Shown here in pieces: positions 63,702 to 64,000 of a stretch of 64,000 nucleotides of DNA. The notes below the pieces were generated by a model. That model did no database searches. It saw only the letters and a program-made list of their open reading frames with translations, and was not told the origin of the DNA. The DNA is from Candidatus Heimdallarchaeota archaeon. GTDB taxonomy: Archaea > Asgardarchaeota > Heimdallarchaeia > JABLTI01. The stretch covers positions 96,001 through 160,000 of the forward strand of contig DXJV01000084.1 of the NCBI GenBank assembly GCA_019056785.1. The letters run 5' to 3'. The translations under genes were made by a program, and so were the position numbers. How positions within the stretch are numbered: position 1 is the first letter of the stretch; each line of letters opens with the position of its first letter.

Positions 63702-64000
63702 TTGACCAGCAAAAGGGATCTGACATCACTCCCCTCACTAATGGTTCCAGGACAACCGGCAATCCTATTCAATGATAAGAAAAAAGGAAGAACATTAGTA
63801 GTCGCAGACCTGCACATTGGCTATGTCTACAATCAAAATAAAAGAGGGATAATTATCCCGATGGCGAGAACAGCAGAAGAAGAACTGCTGAAGCTGGTAA
63901 AAAAACTCGAGCCAAGAAGAGTCATTATTTTAGGCGATTTTAAAGATGAAATTTATGGCGCGGGCAACCCGTTAACCGGCAGAATTTTTTCTTTTATCAA
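63702..64000 (+). CDS. metallophosphoesterase (calcineurin-like), 3'-truncated
   Basis: Manual translation: TLVVADLHIGY ... VIILGDFKD; open to the window end; not in the ORF track. Confidence 0.8.
   Translation, partial: MTSKRDLTSLPSLMVPGQPAILFNDKKKGRTLVVADLHIGYVYNQNKRGIIIPMARTAEEELLKLVKKLEPRRVIILGDFKDEIYGAGNPLTGRIFSFI

Overview
A gene-dense, AT-rich archaeal chromosomal segment, most likely from an Asgard archaeon. That assignment rests on archaeal information genes together with eukaryote-like longin/DENN, Rag/roadblock, SNAP-like and presenilin proteins. Housekeeping genes include the rpoB-rpoA1-rpoA2-rpl30e-nusA cluster, top6A/B, ndk, aIF5B, uS2, uS19, Pus10, ThiI, ThiL, TpiA, GlnA, an Asp/Asn-tRNA ligase, AlaX, SdaA/B, TldD/E, ECF ATPases and MobB. 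I saw no rRNA, tRNA, CRISPR array or mobile element. The most notable signals are: (1) a proline-rich protein whose motif order matches the actin-binding EVH2 region of Ena/VASP; (2) a Rag-like GTPase-roadblock fusion directly followed by an NPRL2-like longin protein that keeps the arginine finger, a possible proto-GATOR1/Rag module; (3) an operon encoding Thermoplasma-type mevalonate-3-phosphate 5-kinase and mevalonate 3-kinase; (4) a Top6B with a ~560-aa tail of tandem (HhH)2 units; (5) a leader-peptide, hairpin and U-tract attenuator-like element upstream of a RIO kinase; (6) a longin-wHTH-tandem cDENN protein upstream of a presenilin. All family calls come from motif recognition and recalled reference sequences, not from database searches.
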